A stretch of 60,028 nucleotides of DNA, filler included, from Dirinaria sp. TL-2023a (lineage: Eukaryota): NCBI GenBank assembly GCA_051941275.1. It is 9 parts of 9 records of this genome, joined end to end, with 100 filler letters (N's around TTAATTAATTAA, not from the genome) between each part and the next. Parts side by side here need not be neighbours in the genome. Positions count along the whole stretch, not along the records: positions 1 to 6,610 come from JAVEBF010001453.1; positions 6,711 to 13,307 come from JAVEBF010001454.1; 7 more parts are not named here. One strand, written 5' to 3'. Positions 1 to 11,574 of the stretch are shown here, in pieces. A program made the position numbers and the translations under genes. Within the stretch, counting starts at the first letter, position 1; every line of letters begins with the position of its first letter. A model generated the notes under the pieces. It ran no database searches, had not been told where the DNA came from, and saw only the letters and a list, made by a program, of their open reading frames with translations.

Positions 1-2279
1 AGTGACCGGTAGCACGCACCTTGTAGGGGGCTTTTTGGAGGTTTTAGAGACAGGCAAAGTATGAACGAGGATCGCGGCGTCAGTGCCTCAACGCACGAAA
101 GTATCATTATTTGAGTTTGTACACCTTCGTACAATCTACAATAAATCAAAGCAGAAATCCACTGTGAACGGATATCTGCTACGATATGTCTAGCATCATC
201 AGATAGGACAGAAGGTATATTACGGAAGGCCTCGCTGATTTTGGGGTTCATCCTAGATACTTCTCTGTGCGTGAGCAACCCCTACCACGTACCATCGTCT
301 TCTTGACTCTTGATCGCAACTGCTGTAGGTAGGTGAGTAGGGATTGATCCTTTCCTGCCTCCCACAAACGGTCTAAATAATAATACTGTAATGATCTGTG
401 TCAGGGGCTCTGGACCAGTTTTTCTTGGCTAGAAAAAATGAAATGAAACTTTTCGGTCACTACGTAGATACTAACCCAAACAGTACCTCCTCCTCCTGAC
501 CTACCATACTTGACCTTACCGAGAACAGCTCTGGGTTGAGACAGGGCCAGGCAATCATTATTATTGTGACATTTTTCACTCCTTTTCCGAGGCATACTAC
601 GTACATGAGCTATTCAAACTGAGGTCATTATTCCCTCGTCTTGCATTCAGTGGCTGAAGTTGAGCATCTGATCTTTTGGAAAAGATCGTCATGCCATGGG
701 AGGCATCGCAGCTTGCATACAGATGTAGAGATTTGCGAGCGTTCAAAGCGCTGACTAAGAGATGTACGAGTACTTTTTTTTTTGCCTTAATGTAAGATTT
801 GACCTGGGGAAGGTTTAGGGCCACGAAGCAGCTGCACGTCAGCCAAAGCTTAAAAGGTTTCTGCTTTTTTCCCCCTCACAGAATTCACCTATTACCTTCT
901 ACCTTACTGTACCTTATTACTCCTCTTCAACCTCCACCCTGAATCCCTACCTTGCCAACCCCAATCATGTGTCCGACCACCGACCAATGCAATGCCAGAT
1001 ACACTTTGTACCAAAGATCGAAATCGCCAAGCAAAGCACAGGGAGATGGTGATCGGATTCGCTACCAAATTACTCCTACACTTGGACCCCAAAAAGCAGC
1101 TACAAAGCCACAAGATTCCTGACATCCATGGTTCGCGATGCTTGATGATGTGCATAGCGCAGACTTGGTATTGACACCCACGGACGTCTTAGGCTGGAAA
1201 TAGCGTCGTCTCTCAGCTACCTCACAGTACAAGTAAGGTACATTACTTACCATCAGAAAGCGCGGCTACCCCGCCTCTCGGCGTTACCAATCAGAGATTT
1301 CCATCTCAAATTCAGCCTGCAATTTTCCCGGGAAAAGTCCCTCTGACGGTAAGCAGCTTGCGCATTCGTATTCTTAACCGGTCCTCTCACCTTTTGTGGG
1401 CCTCACCGATGGGGTACGCAACCGAGATCTCAATTTGAAAGGGCTGTAAAATTTCCGGTCAGAACCTCTGCGCGTCAGAACTGCATCAGCACGCCAACAC
1501 GATAACCGTTGCAGCAATCGCCCCTTACATTGCTAGCGGCGCAGAAACGTACCAAGGATGGCGCGCATATCCAGATTTCCGAGATATGGGGCCCTAGTTT
1601 GGATCTGAATTTTACACGATTCGGTCGCTTGAAGCGACCGGTGCAACGGTTTTCCCCAATTACCGCGCCGTTTGAGGCACGGACCTACCAGATCCGACAT
1701 CGCATTGGATCGATGGGGACAGAAATGCCCATTTCAGGACCGATGCTAGTCCTTAGCGCCAGACATGGTCGAGCTGCTAGCAAGGTGTGCAAAATCCGCA
1801 GGAGGTGGGTTAGCTCTGCTCTACTAGATTAGCTCTCTGTGATATTGCCGTCGGTCTGGACCTCGCAAAGGTGGACCGCTCTCTTACCGCTTCTCATGTT
1901 CAATCCTCGTGGATTATGCACCGAGCAAGGCTATCTTGGATCTCCCGAGACGGAGCTTTACGACATGAGGTAATAGCTTTCGACTGTTTGGTGGTTCGAC
2001 CTGATGTTTCATTTGGCTTTTCCCCATTTATACCCAGGCCTGCCTGCTTTTTGATGTAATGTCCTCGCGTAGAAATTATTATCTAGATCGTGGATTAGAA
2101 GATTAACATTGTATCATTTGCCTCACAATCCCATTTTTAGACTGTATTCACCTTCATAAAACTAGGGCACAATCCATTTGTTATTTCACTTTGGTACAAG
2201 GCACCCTAGGTGCGTTCTCCTTCTAGATCAGACGAGTCCTTGTACGCCTGTTAGCGACGGGCTTAAGGCGGAGGAAATC

Positions 2280-5200
2280 ATGGGTGACCATGCGCCGTGG
2301 ACACACTGGAATAAAGCCCCACTCGTCACAGTGGAGGAATTCTCACCCTCCAATGCAGCGTTGCGTAAATGGCAGAAGAAGATCTCCAAAGCTCGTCGCT
2401 TATCTCGATATTCATCCACCGCGTGTCGGATGCTGCCTCCATTATGGACTCCTGGTATCCGCGAAGAAAGTCTAGAGCTCGCTGTGAAGTCCCCGATGAA
2501 TCCATCACCAGGTGAATTGGCCCTTGCTATCAGCGACGAAATTCTGGAGCCTACTAAGGAGACTCCAATGAATGCGGAACACGAAAAGTTGGCCCCTCTT
2601 GTTCTTGAAGAAAGCTCAAAGCCAGTCCCAAAAGCTTCAATGACTGCAGACCCTTATGTAATGGCCTCTGTTGCTCCTGAAGAGGGCCCCAAACCGGACC
2701 AGAAGCCTTCAATGGATTTAGAGACCAAAGGATTGGGCCGGTGTCCAGTAGCTAAAGAGTTCCAGAAAGTGCAAGATCACCACAGCATTCTAGCATCGAC
2801 AGGCTGCACCCGGCAATTCTGTCAAGCCGGCAGAGCTGTCCACACTGATGAACCTCGAATTGGTGAGAATCGTGCCGTCAACGTGGTGAAACAGGAAGCA
2901 GAAGCCTTCCTTCGAGATTATTATCGAGAAAATCACTTCGATGATGAGAAAGAGCTTCTTTGTCGGCTTCAGCAAGTCCTTGAGGAGATCGAAGGTGGCG
3001 CTTGCGATGGCGTTGTAAGGGAAACCAAGAAACCTGGGAAAATCGGTGGCAACTGGGACCAGACTTCGGCAGAGTTGGAATTTGGCATTCGCCGCGCATG
3101 GAGAAACTCGCGGAAATGTATCATGAGATCACATTGTGAGGAATTGAGGTGAGCTCTATAGCAATGAGACTAGTGATCAATAGACTGACACAGAAACGGC
3201 GCAGGCTGTGTGATCTTCGAAGCACAACTTCTAGCGCTGCGATGGCTAGCGCACTCATAGAGAATGCTTTCGAGGCTTTCAACGCTGGCAACATCAATCC
3301 TACAGGTAGGCCTGCATCTTGAAGTCTAATTGGCAGTCGCTAATCTAATTCACAGTCTTTGTCTTCCCGCCACGCAAGATAAACAGCAGAGGGCCTCTTA
3401 TCTGGAATCATCAGCTGCTCGAATTTGCAGGCTACGAACAAGAAGACGGCTCGATTCTTGGCGATCCAGCAAGTGTAACGCTTACTAAAGCCATAATGGA
3501 GCTGGGGTGGAAGCCTCCGAATCCACGAAGCCGGTGGGATCTTTTGCCGCTCGTGGTTATGGCTGACGGCGACGTTCCGGTCATTGCAGAACTCCCGACA
3601 AGCCTTTCGAAATTAGTTAGTATCCGCCATCCGCGGTATGAACGAGAGTTCGAGAAGCTGGACCTAAAATGGGTGGCTTTTCCCGCATTAGCCAGGTTAG
3701 GGTTCGACATCGGTGGCGTACAATACACAGCTGCACCATTCATCGGTTGGTTCATGGACGCCGAGATAGGTGTCCGAGACCTTGCAGATTCTTTCCGCTA
3801 CGACGCCTTGCCAGACGTAGTGAAGGCTTTAGGCCTCCTTGCGGATAAGGCCGAGGAAGGTATTGATGATCTGGATGATCTAGCCGAGTTTGAACAACAA
3901 TCAATGTTGGCGCGAGCTCAGACAGAGCTTACTTACGCTGTGTGCTGGTCCTTCCTCCAAGCAAAAGTCAGCATGACAGATACACTGACCGCTTCGATGA
4001 AGTGGTGTCGTTACGATGATGAATTCAAGGCGAAGACTGGTTTCAGACTGCCTGCGGACCCCTACTGGCTGGCACCTCCCCAAGGTTCCATTATTCCCTT
4101 ATGGCACCGCGGCGGTGCCCCGAATTACCAGCCAAAGCCGATGATAAGTAAGCATGTTCAGGACCCTCTCAAAGCTTGGGAAAGAGAAAAGCAAGATTGG
4201 TTTGTAGCGGCAAAGCCCATGCCTGTTATCGCCAATCTGAGCCCAAACCGATCACATTTGGGCTCGAGAAGTAAGAGTTACAGTAAGCCTATCCCAGCTT
4301 GGGACACAGCAGGCACGCAGAAAGCCGCTCCGAGACACATCCAGGAACTTCTTCAAGGTGAGATCCCAGCGAGTCCAAAGCAACTCGAGAGCGCTCAAAT
4401 ATCCGTATCGATATATTTTTGTAGCGCGGGAACACTGGCGGAAAAGATCGCGAAGAAATTGCATGACCGGCTCAAAGACTTTAGGGATTCTCTGGAGATA
4501 AGTCTGTGCTTGACCACTCAACCAGTGGACGCTCTCGAGATGTCAGATCTTAGCGCTGGGAGGATCCTGCTCTTTGTAGTCAGCTCTACTGGCAACGGTG
4601 AAGTCCCAGCAAATGGACGCAAATTCATCCAGATGTGCGATAGTGGGGTCTTGAGTAGCGATACGGTGAAAAAGACAGGCTTCAATTACGCTATTTACGG
4701 TAACGGAGATAGTCGGTATGCAGCCACATACAATGGCGCTGCGCTGAAGGTTGAAGAAACCCTCAAAAAGGCTGGGGGCCTGCCAATAGCATGTGGACTC
4801 TTCCAGGGAGACACGGCTATCTCAGCAAATGCTCTCAAAGCATTAAATCCCTGGTGGCAAATATTGCAACCGAGCATCCGCGATCTCAAAGGAGCTTCCC
4901 CAAAGCTGAGACGAGCGAACAGCGAAGTTGGCGCGGGCCAGATATCCGTCAACGAAGCTATTCATCTTGCAACCGAATCCAAGAAGAGGTTCCAGACATG
5001 CGCAAGCCTGCTCGACAAACAATTCCGGGAATCGAAAGTATTGATCACTAATCCTCCAGTGCAGCAAGGCCATAAAGGCTCGTATCTCATTGCTTTGGAT
5101 GTCGATGAGCATACTTACGAAGATATGGGTTGTGTTCAAATCCTTCCGCTTAACGCACCGTCAATGGTACGAGAGGCACTTCGGATATTGGGCGTCAATG

Positions 5201-6102
5201 GCTCTGCATCTTTGCCGCTAGATCTGCCAGGCGTTGTAAATCCGACCTATTCCAAATTTCTCAGGGAACTGGTTGATCTCGAAGCTCCATTCCCGAATTC
5301 GGATAACCTCAAACGTATCATGTCTGTTTCCGGTACGACAAGCTACGACAAAAAAATAGGCCAGATTTCATCTCTGGAGTTGCTCCGACGTCTTCACGCC
5401 GATGGGGTACTTCCAACCAAGAGCGCTATTAGCAACTCCATTTGCTTTGCGCTCCCACTCCTCCACCCTCGCACCTACTCCACCGCCTCCTCGCTAGCTT
5501 ATGCCCGTCGATGCGCGAAATTGAACGAAAAGTCCTCCAAAAACCAGCTCGACCTCCTAGTGAAACCCTTACCTAAGGGCCGCTTTAGCGAGACCTTCCT
5601 TTCATCGGCGTCGTCCGCTCTCCGCTACCGCATGCTCCCCTCATCAGGCGCCTCACTGCTTGATATGGCGCCCAGCACACCCCTGATCATGATCGCTACC
5701 GGTGCTGGCTTTGCACCTGTTCGCTGCCTGCTCCAGCGTCGCATCGCTGCCTCTCGGAACGCATCTGCAGATACGGAACGCAGCATCTCACTCTTTCTGG
5801 GTTTCAAACCTGCAGACATACCGCTGCATTCGGCGATCCTGAACGAAGCGGCCGCGGCAGGGATATTGGAGAGCTTGGCGATCGTGGGCAGTAATGAGGG
5901 GAAAGTCAGGATCTATGACAGATTGCTGGAGGATAGTACGCGGGAACGCGTGAGAGAAACCTTGATGGTGAAGAAAGGGTGGATGTTTATGTGCACTAAT
6001 CCGGAAGCTGCAAAAGCGATTAGAAAGGTCTTTGATGAAGATATCCTTGGCCAAGGCGGTATCGACGGCTTGGGGACGAGGTGGGTTGAGGATGTTTTTT
6101 GA
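2280..6102 (+). CDS. NOS: Full-length nitric oxide synthase-like protein (oxygenase + flavodoxin/FMN + FAD/NADPH reductase), ~1238 aa; exons 2280-3148, 3205-3305, 3356-6102
   Basis: Two GT-AG introns (3149-3204, 3306-3355) with branch sites join the ORFs into one frame. Oxygenase motifs: GCTRQFC (CX4C), EAEAFLRDYY, AWRNSRKC (heme Cys), IWNHQLLEFAGYEQEDGSILGDPAS, ELGWKPP..RWDLLPLVV, PFIGWFMDAEIGVRDL, PADPYWLAPP. Reductase motifs: VVSSTGNGEVPANG, YAIYGNGDSRY, LHPRTYSTASS, MIATGAGFAPVR, terminal RWVEDVF. The start ATG is inferred, and an upstream exon is possible. Confidence 0.93.
2463..2717 (+). repeat. Degenerate 72-bp (24-aa) tandem repeat, ~3.5 copies, inside the NOS N-terminal extension
   Basis: Units start at 2463, 2535, 2607 and 2679: EESLELAVKSPMNPSPGELALAIS / DEILEPTKETPMNAEHEKLAPLVL / EESSKPVPKASMTADPYVMASVAP / EEGPKPDQKPSMD. 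Confidence 0.75.
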
Positions 6103-6610
6103 TGGGATTGAAGTGAGGAGTAGCTTCACCGGGCGAAACAGGTGAACTTTCTAAGAACAGCACAGGTTCAAGTACCTTGCATTTGTGCGAACATAAGACG
6201 ACCATGCTCAGGCAACCCTGGAAAGGTTGATCATATGGGTCAACCCCTCAACTGGATTCCTCCTGGGAATGTCTTGCACACTGTGCTTTATCTCATACAT
6301 GAGTAGTTCTAGATTCTAGCGGCCTGACTGCTGCATTCTGAGCCTGTAAGGTCACTTATACAGAATCACCAATTTTTTTGATCGAGATTCGAGGAGTCCA
6401 AACTTCTTGTCCAAGATATCACTCGAAGATTCTTATACTACGTTGTCTTTACGTCTCACATATACTTTATAAATCCATTATCTCAGTGATTACAAGCAAA
6501 GTCGAGACTTTAGTGCTAATTGAAATCACGATGATTACTTCATGAGGTCTCATGTTATTTGGCCGCCGGCAAGCAGCTCTCAACTTTACACAGCTCAGGC
6601 ACACTATTCC

Positions 6611-6710
6611 NNNNNNNNNNNNNNNNNNNNNNNNNNNNNNNNNNNNNNNNNNNNTTAATTAATTAANNNNNNNNNNNNNNNNNNNNNNNNNNNNNNNNNN
6701 NNNNNNNNNN
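6611..6710. other. Artificial contig spacer
   Basis: N44-TTAATTAATTAA-N44; the core has stops in all six frames. Confidence 0.99.
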
Positions 6711-8518
6711 CCTACATTTGAAAAACTATTGAGAATGAATTGGATGTTCCTAGATTGCTCTACATCACGATGTATCATCCTTAGAGCTGTGAGGTCAGAA
6801 TTGAACGCTCTAATCAAATAGTTGGAAATTGCTCTGCGATTCCACTATACAGGCCTCTCTGACTCTCCTCAGTGATCAATCGGTTTACCGCATGTCCAAC
6901 GCGATATTAAATAACGATGGTCGGCCCGCAAATACTGAGCTCATGTCTAACGAGGTGCTACCTACGGGCTTTACATCTCTGCAAGAAAGAACAAAGGGCT
7001 ACGATCTCCGTATTGATTGCGGGCTCGTTGAAACGCGATATAACGTACAATAAAATAGTTCAAGGTCTTCGGAAGCACACGCTCCGACGAAAAGATCTTT
7101 ATGATAGAGCATGGATTTAAATTCTAGGACGGTTTGAGTGACAACGTCCTAGTAAAGTGCTTCTTCTCGAACTAGCACGCGCTCGGACTCATGAATGGCG
7201 GTACCCCAAAAAGGGGGGAGGAAGGGGGGGAGAAAAATGTAATAACTAAGGCTCATTGAACTATTCCTCATACCCAGATCCAACCAACGAGCGCTAGCTC
7301 CTACTAAGACCCAGAACATCCCCCCATCCAACTCTACAATCCCAACTAAATTAAAACCGTGAACCAAAAGGTATACCTCGCATATTCAACCCCCCACATT
7401 CAATCCCCATCGAAAATTGAAGACAACAGAGTTGTGAATGAGTATATCTATCCAGTTCTCTACGAAAACCATATATTTTATTTGATATCCGGGAAGAAAA
7501 GACGAGTCAGGAAGATCTCCACACACGCAAGAGGAGTCGAAATTATTTCTACCTCAGCTTAAAGGTATAGCGACATGACTTTCCGAGAATCAGGGCCCCA
7601 ATCATCGGACAAGCGACGAATGGATTTTTCGTCCATAGGGTTTCGATCTGCATTCCCTCCTTTCACGCCGAAAAAAATAAAAAACAAAATTTGAAGTTCA
7701 CGCACAAGATATAACCGACTTTCGGATCCAGTTCGTCGGTTAAAGTCATATGTCTGACCACGGAATTCTCTGTGATCTTTCAAAAGAGAGAAATCCGTGA
7801 AACTGCACCGATATCATGATTAATGCCGGGACTACTCAAAAACTTACTTCGCCATTCCCCGTATAAAAGTCCGCGCGGTATAGAGATATAATTCGCAAAA
7901 CATAATTTCAAAGATGGATCAAGGGATAAAGAATCTGTGAAAGGAAGACATACACGCCAAACTCAATGGAATTTTCTTGAACGATCGAGACATTTTTTTG
8001 ATTTCGATGGATGGTGTTGTTTCATGAGGGGCATTAATGAATATCCACAAACGATGTTTTATGTTCAAGAACTAGCTAACAATGTTCTCCATAATTAGGG
8101 AAATATTGAGCCATTTACTATGAAGTAATTTGACCGATAGAAGCGAAAAGTTGGATAGGACCATAAAACTCCAATGCTGAACCTTACCTACATGGTTAAG
8201 TTTCAGGTTTTGTCTAATGATCAAGAACATGTCAGTGTTTTGAATTCATTAATGGTATAGTGAGTTGCTCTGCACTCGTACGTAAAGAATCTCTGTTGTC
8301 CTGCGTTTTCTTGTGCCTTGCATGTCGCGAGTGGCTCTGCTCGTTCTGCGCTAAAGCCTTGTGTTCGAGTACATTGGTACTGTCTATAGTCACCATAGCA
8401 TGGATACCATAGTGGCCTCGAATCGCGGGAAAGGTGCGTAGTATAGGCTAGGAACTCCGTGTCATTGGCGGATCAAACCCAGTCTTCACAGTTTGCTCAG
8501 TCAGAGCCAGCTCTACTT

Positions 8519-10802
8519 CTAATTAGTTATGTATTTAATCGCGAACGCCTTGACTATCCGGACTCGGTCGATGTAGAGTGTAATATAGCAACAGCCAAAT
8601 CTGTTTTTAAAGTCGAGAAGGTCATTGATAGATAGGAGACAGCGCGCCGTTGCAGCGGGTATACCTAAAACGATGGAAAGGTTACGGCGCAGAGCATGAT
8701 GGATGGAGAAATAAGGCGGAAACGGGTAACACCGTTGGAATTGGTGCATGATTGTGAGAATGCTATGAAGGACTCGACCTTCATCCAAGGACTGTTATAG
8801 CAGATTGAGGTCATCGTTACATAACTTCATCGTTCAATTGATTGTCCATCTCCATCTCTTCGAGCCAAGGATTTCCTCTGCAAATGCCGTACATGTCTTG
8901 TAATAATCGAATTTCAAATAAATAAACGCATGATTTTCAGTAGTAACGATTCGCAAAGTCAAAGGCCCCTAGAACATGAAAAGCGAATGTTTTCGCGAAA
9001 TTGATATTTGTTTTTGAAAGGAGGTGGTGAGAGCAGATATCATGTGTCGAGATTCAACTTTTCTTTTCCGCTCTTTATTATGATTTGGAAGGGACTTCTT
9101 AATTGTAGCTGGGATTGTTTCTGTTCCTTTTTCCCCCTTCTTTAATTCCATGTATCTAGTAACAGAGGTACTGTTTCTTTGAGCGTTCTCCAAGCATAAT
9201 ATTGCTCTTAATTCCTAGGAGGACCATAGACTCGCTTTCCCAAGGCTGCAGGAACTGGGATGGGCCGTTACTGTCCTGAAAGAAGTACGCGTTTCTTATA
9301 CTTAATTCAAATCCTTCTCTGTAGGAATTCTTATCTCGACCGAACTTGAGTACTGTCCACCTCCGTTGGCTAAGTTTGAGGGATTGCACCTTAAGCGATA
9401 GCCGCTTAGCCGTTCCTCCGTTTTCACGCAATGAAGAGCCAGTACCACCCAGATCGTCTTAATCGTCTGAGCTTTTTCATCGATTTTGGCTTCGAATCTG
9501 CGACTGAGTGTAGAAATTGAAATGATGACTAGATATAGAATGGAAGTGAAAGGTAGCTATTCTTCGCATAAATCTGCAAGACCAATATTGATGACGCTGT
9601 TTGTTCGCAAATTACTTCGATGGACCACGGTTTCTCCATCGAAATTCAGTCACATTCATTACCGTTCGTAATCCAAAACACAAGAACCCGTGCACGATGG
9701 TCCAAAATGTTCTGTTCCCGAGACTTTTTATGGCTGTGCTCGTCAGGCGCAAAATATTGACAAAGCGCCCGCCTCTGAAAATAGTCGTGTTTCGCGCAAC
9801 TAACCGCAGGCCGCGTTCCGCTTTTGGCGGAAATAATAACTGAGTATATCTTTGCAGGGTGTACTTGGCCCTTTTGCAGTTGGTTTCTGTTGACCTGGTG
9901 TTTTTAAGATGAAGTCATTCATTGAACTGTTCCTCACTCTTCTTGCCATTACCCGATTCTGTGCCTTGGTCTGGGCAGAGACGCTGATCGCCAATTCTTC
10001 GTAGGCTTCAGTCCAGTACCTAGTCCTCGCGATCGAACGCACTAATACAGGCTATGCAGTTTTGCCAATGATCTCCACGATCCTTTTCAAATGCGAGTCT
10101 ATCAAACATCGACCAGCCTAGTGTTCTCAGGCTTCAGCAGACCGTATGTCCATTTCGAAGCTAATAAGTTGTTGGCGATCGGCCACAGAGCGCAGTACGA
10201 GATTGTGAAAGCCGTCGTACAAAACCATGGGGACGGACCCATTGCACAGCCCAATTTCGAATGGTGTTTTGCACTTGTGTGTCTCCGGATCAATCATCAA
10301 ATCGATGATAAAATGACGTGAGTAATGCTTTTCAAACTGCCCACTTCCACCTGAGACCCATTGCATAAGCTTGGCTTCCTCGATACTGCTCCTCAGGTCT
10401 GATCCCTACGCTTCAAAAATAGTTCTGACCATCATGATGATGAATAGGTGGCTGATGCTGTCGGCCGCGATCAATGGCATCATGCAGTTCGGGTGGGAGT
10501 CCAATTTTAGTACTTGCCAGAGAATCTCAATTCTGGACGATGAAGCAGGCGTAGTAGGGAATGGAGAATTGATATTGAGAAGGGGAGATAGTTCAACGAA
10601 TGGGGGAACATCGACATCGTAAGGAATTCGATTCCTCTGAAGTAGATGTACTTGTACCTGAGAAGATTTGCCAATGGAAAAAAATTAAAATGGCCAAGGC
10701 CGGGAATTCAGATGCATTTAGCAGCGCTATCAGCTTCTCCAAAGCGTACACTTCATCGAAACCCAACCATAGATATGAAAGTGACTCGGAAGCCGAACCC
10801 AC
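8519..10802 (-). pseudogene. Possible degenerate coding relic of unknown family
   Basis: ORF fragments 10127-10366, 9800-10042, 8969-9193 and 8519-8788 share one minus-strand frame. From about 10618 to 9800 this frame reads through isolated TAG/TGA stops as protein-like sequence. Confidence 0.35.
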
Positions 10803-11574
10803 TAGAGCTCAAAGAATCGCACGAGACTTCACAAGAAGAGAACCCTAATGTTTTACCTGCGACTACTCTATTAGCGCTCAGCTGCAGGTCCTAGACTTGC
10901 TTCCAGGTGATGGTGGTTGACGGGAACTGCCCCAAACGAACGTAGCAGCTGGCGTCCATGATCAGGTAAATCGTAGTCGCTGGACGGAGCATACGGTAGG
11001 TAGTGAAGACTCGAACAGCGCAATAGTAAGCAGTAATAAGAATGGCTGGAGGAAGTCGAAATGAACCTCACAAGCCACGCGACACGCGCCACGATGTCCG
11101 GATCACGGTTCGTCGATCTTCCGTCTTCCTCCCCTTGCATACATAGTAATCATACGAACTCTGCATTTCTAAGATACGCCGAAAAGAGAATGCGAATTAA
11201 TAATACGCGACTGCTGTACTACCCATGGCTTCAATACCGAAAAAGCCACCAACACAAGCTGACCAAGCACTGCGCAAAGTCAGGCAAGCGAACAGCTTGT
11301 GCTTCCTCGAACTGGACACAACAGCAACGCCCGTCAAATGATCGCAGCTGATACGTGATTACCCGATCATGGGTCAGATAGCTCATAATGGGAACCCAAT
11401 GAATTGAAGTCAACAAACAACACTTAATGATGAAGCCGGGTAAAGAGTACAAAGAGCGCCATTCGCACGCCATCGTACCTTACCTGACTCTCTTTCCATT
11501 TCCCACCCTCGATCTCCATTCATATTCCAGCTGTCGACTCTCCTTAGCATCACCAACCGAACACACTGTCAAAC

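Noticed and set aside
2178..6102. NOS as a split gene or pseudogene (two separate ORFs of 324 and 868 aa)
   Set aside because: Two canonical introns and a 101-nt middle exon restore one frame containing the expected conserved NOS sequence.
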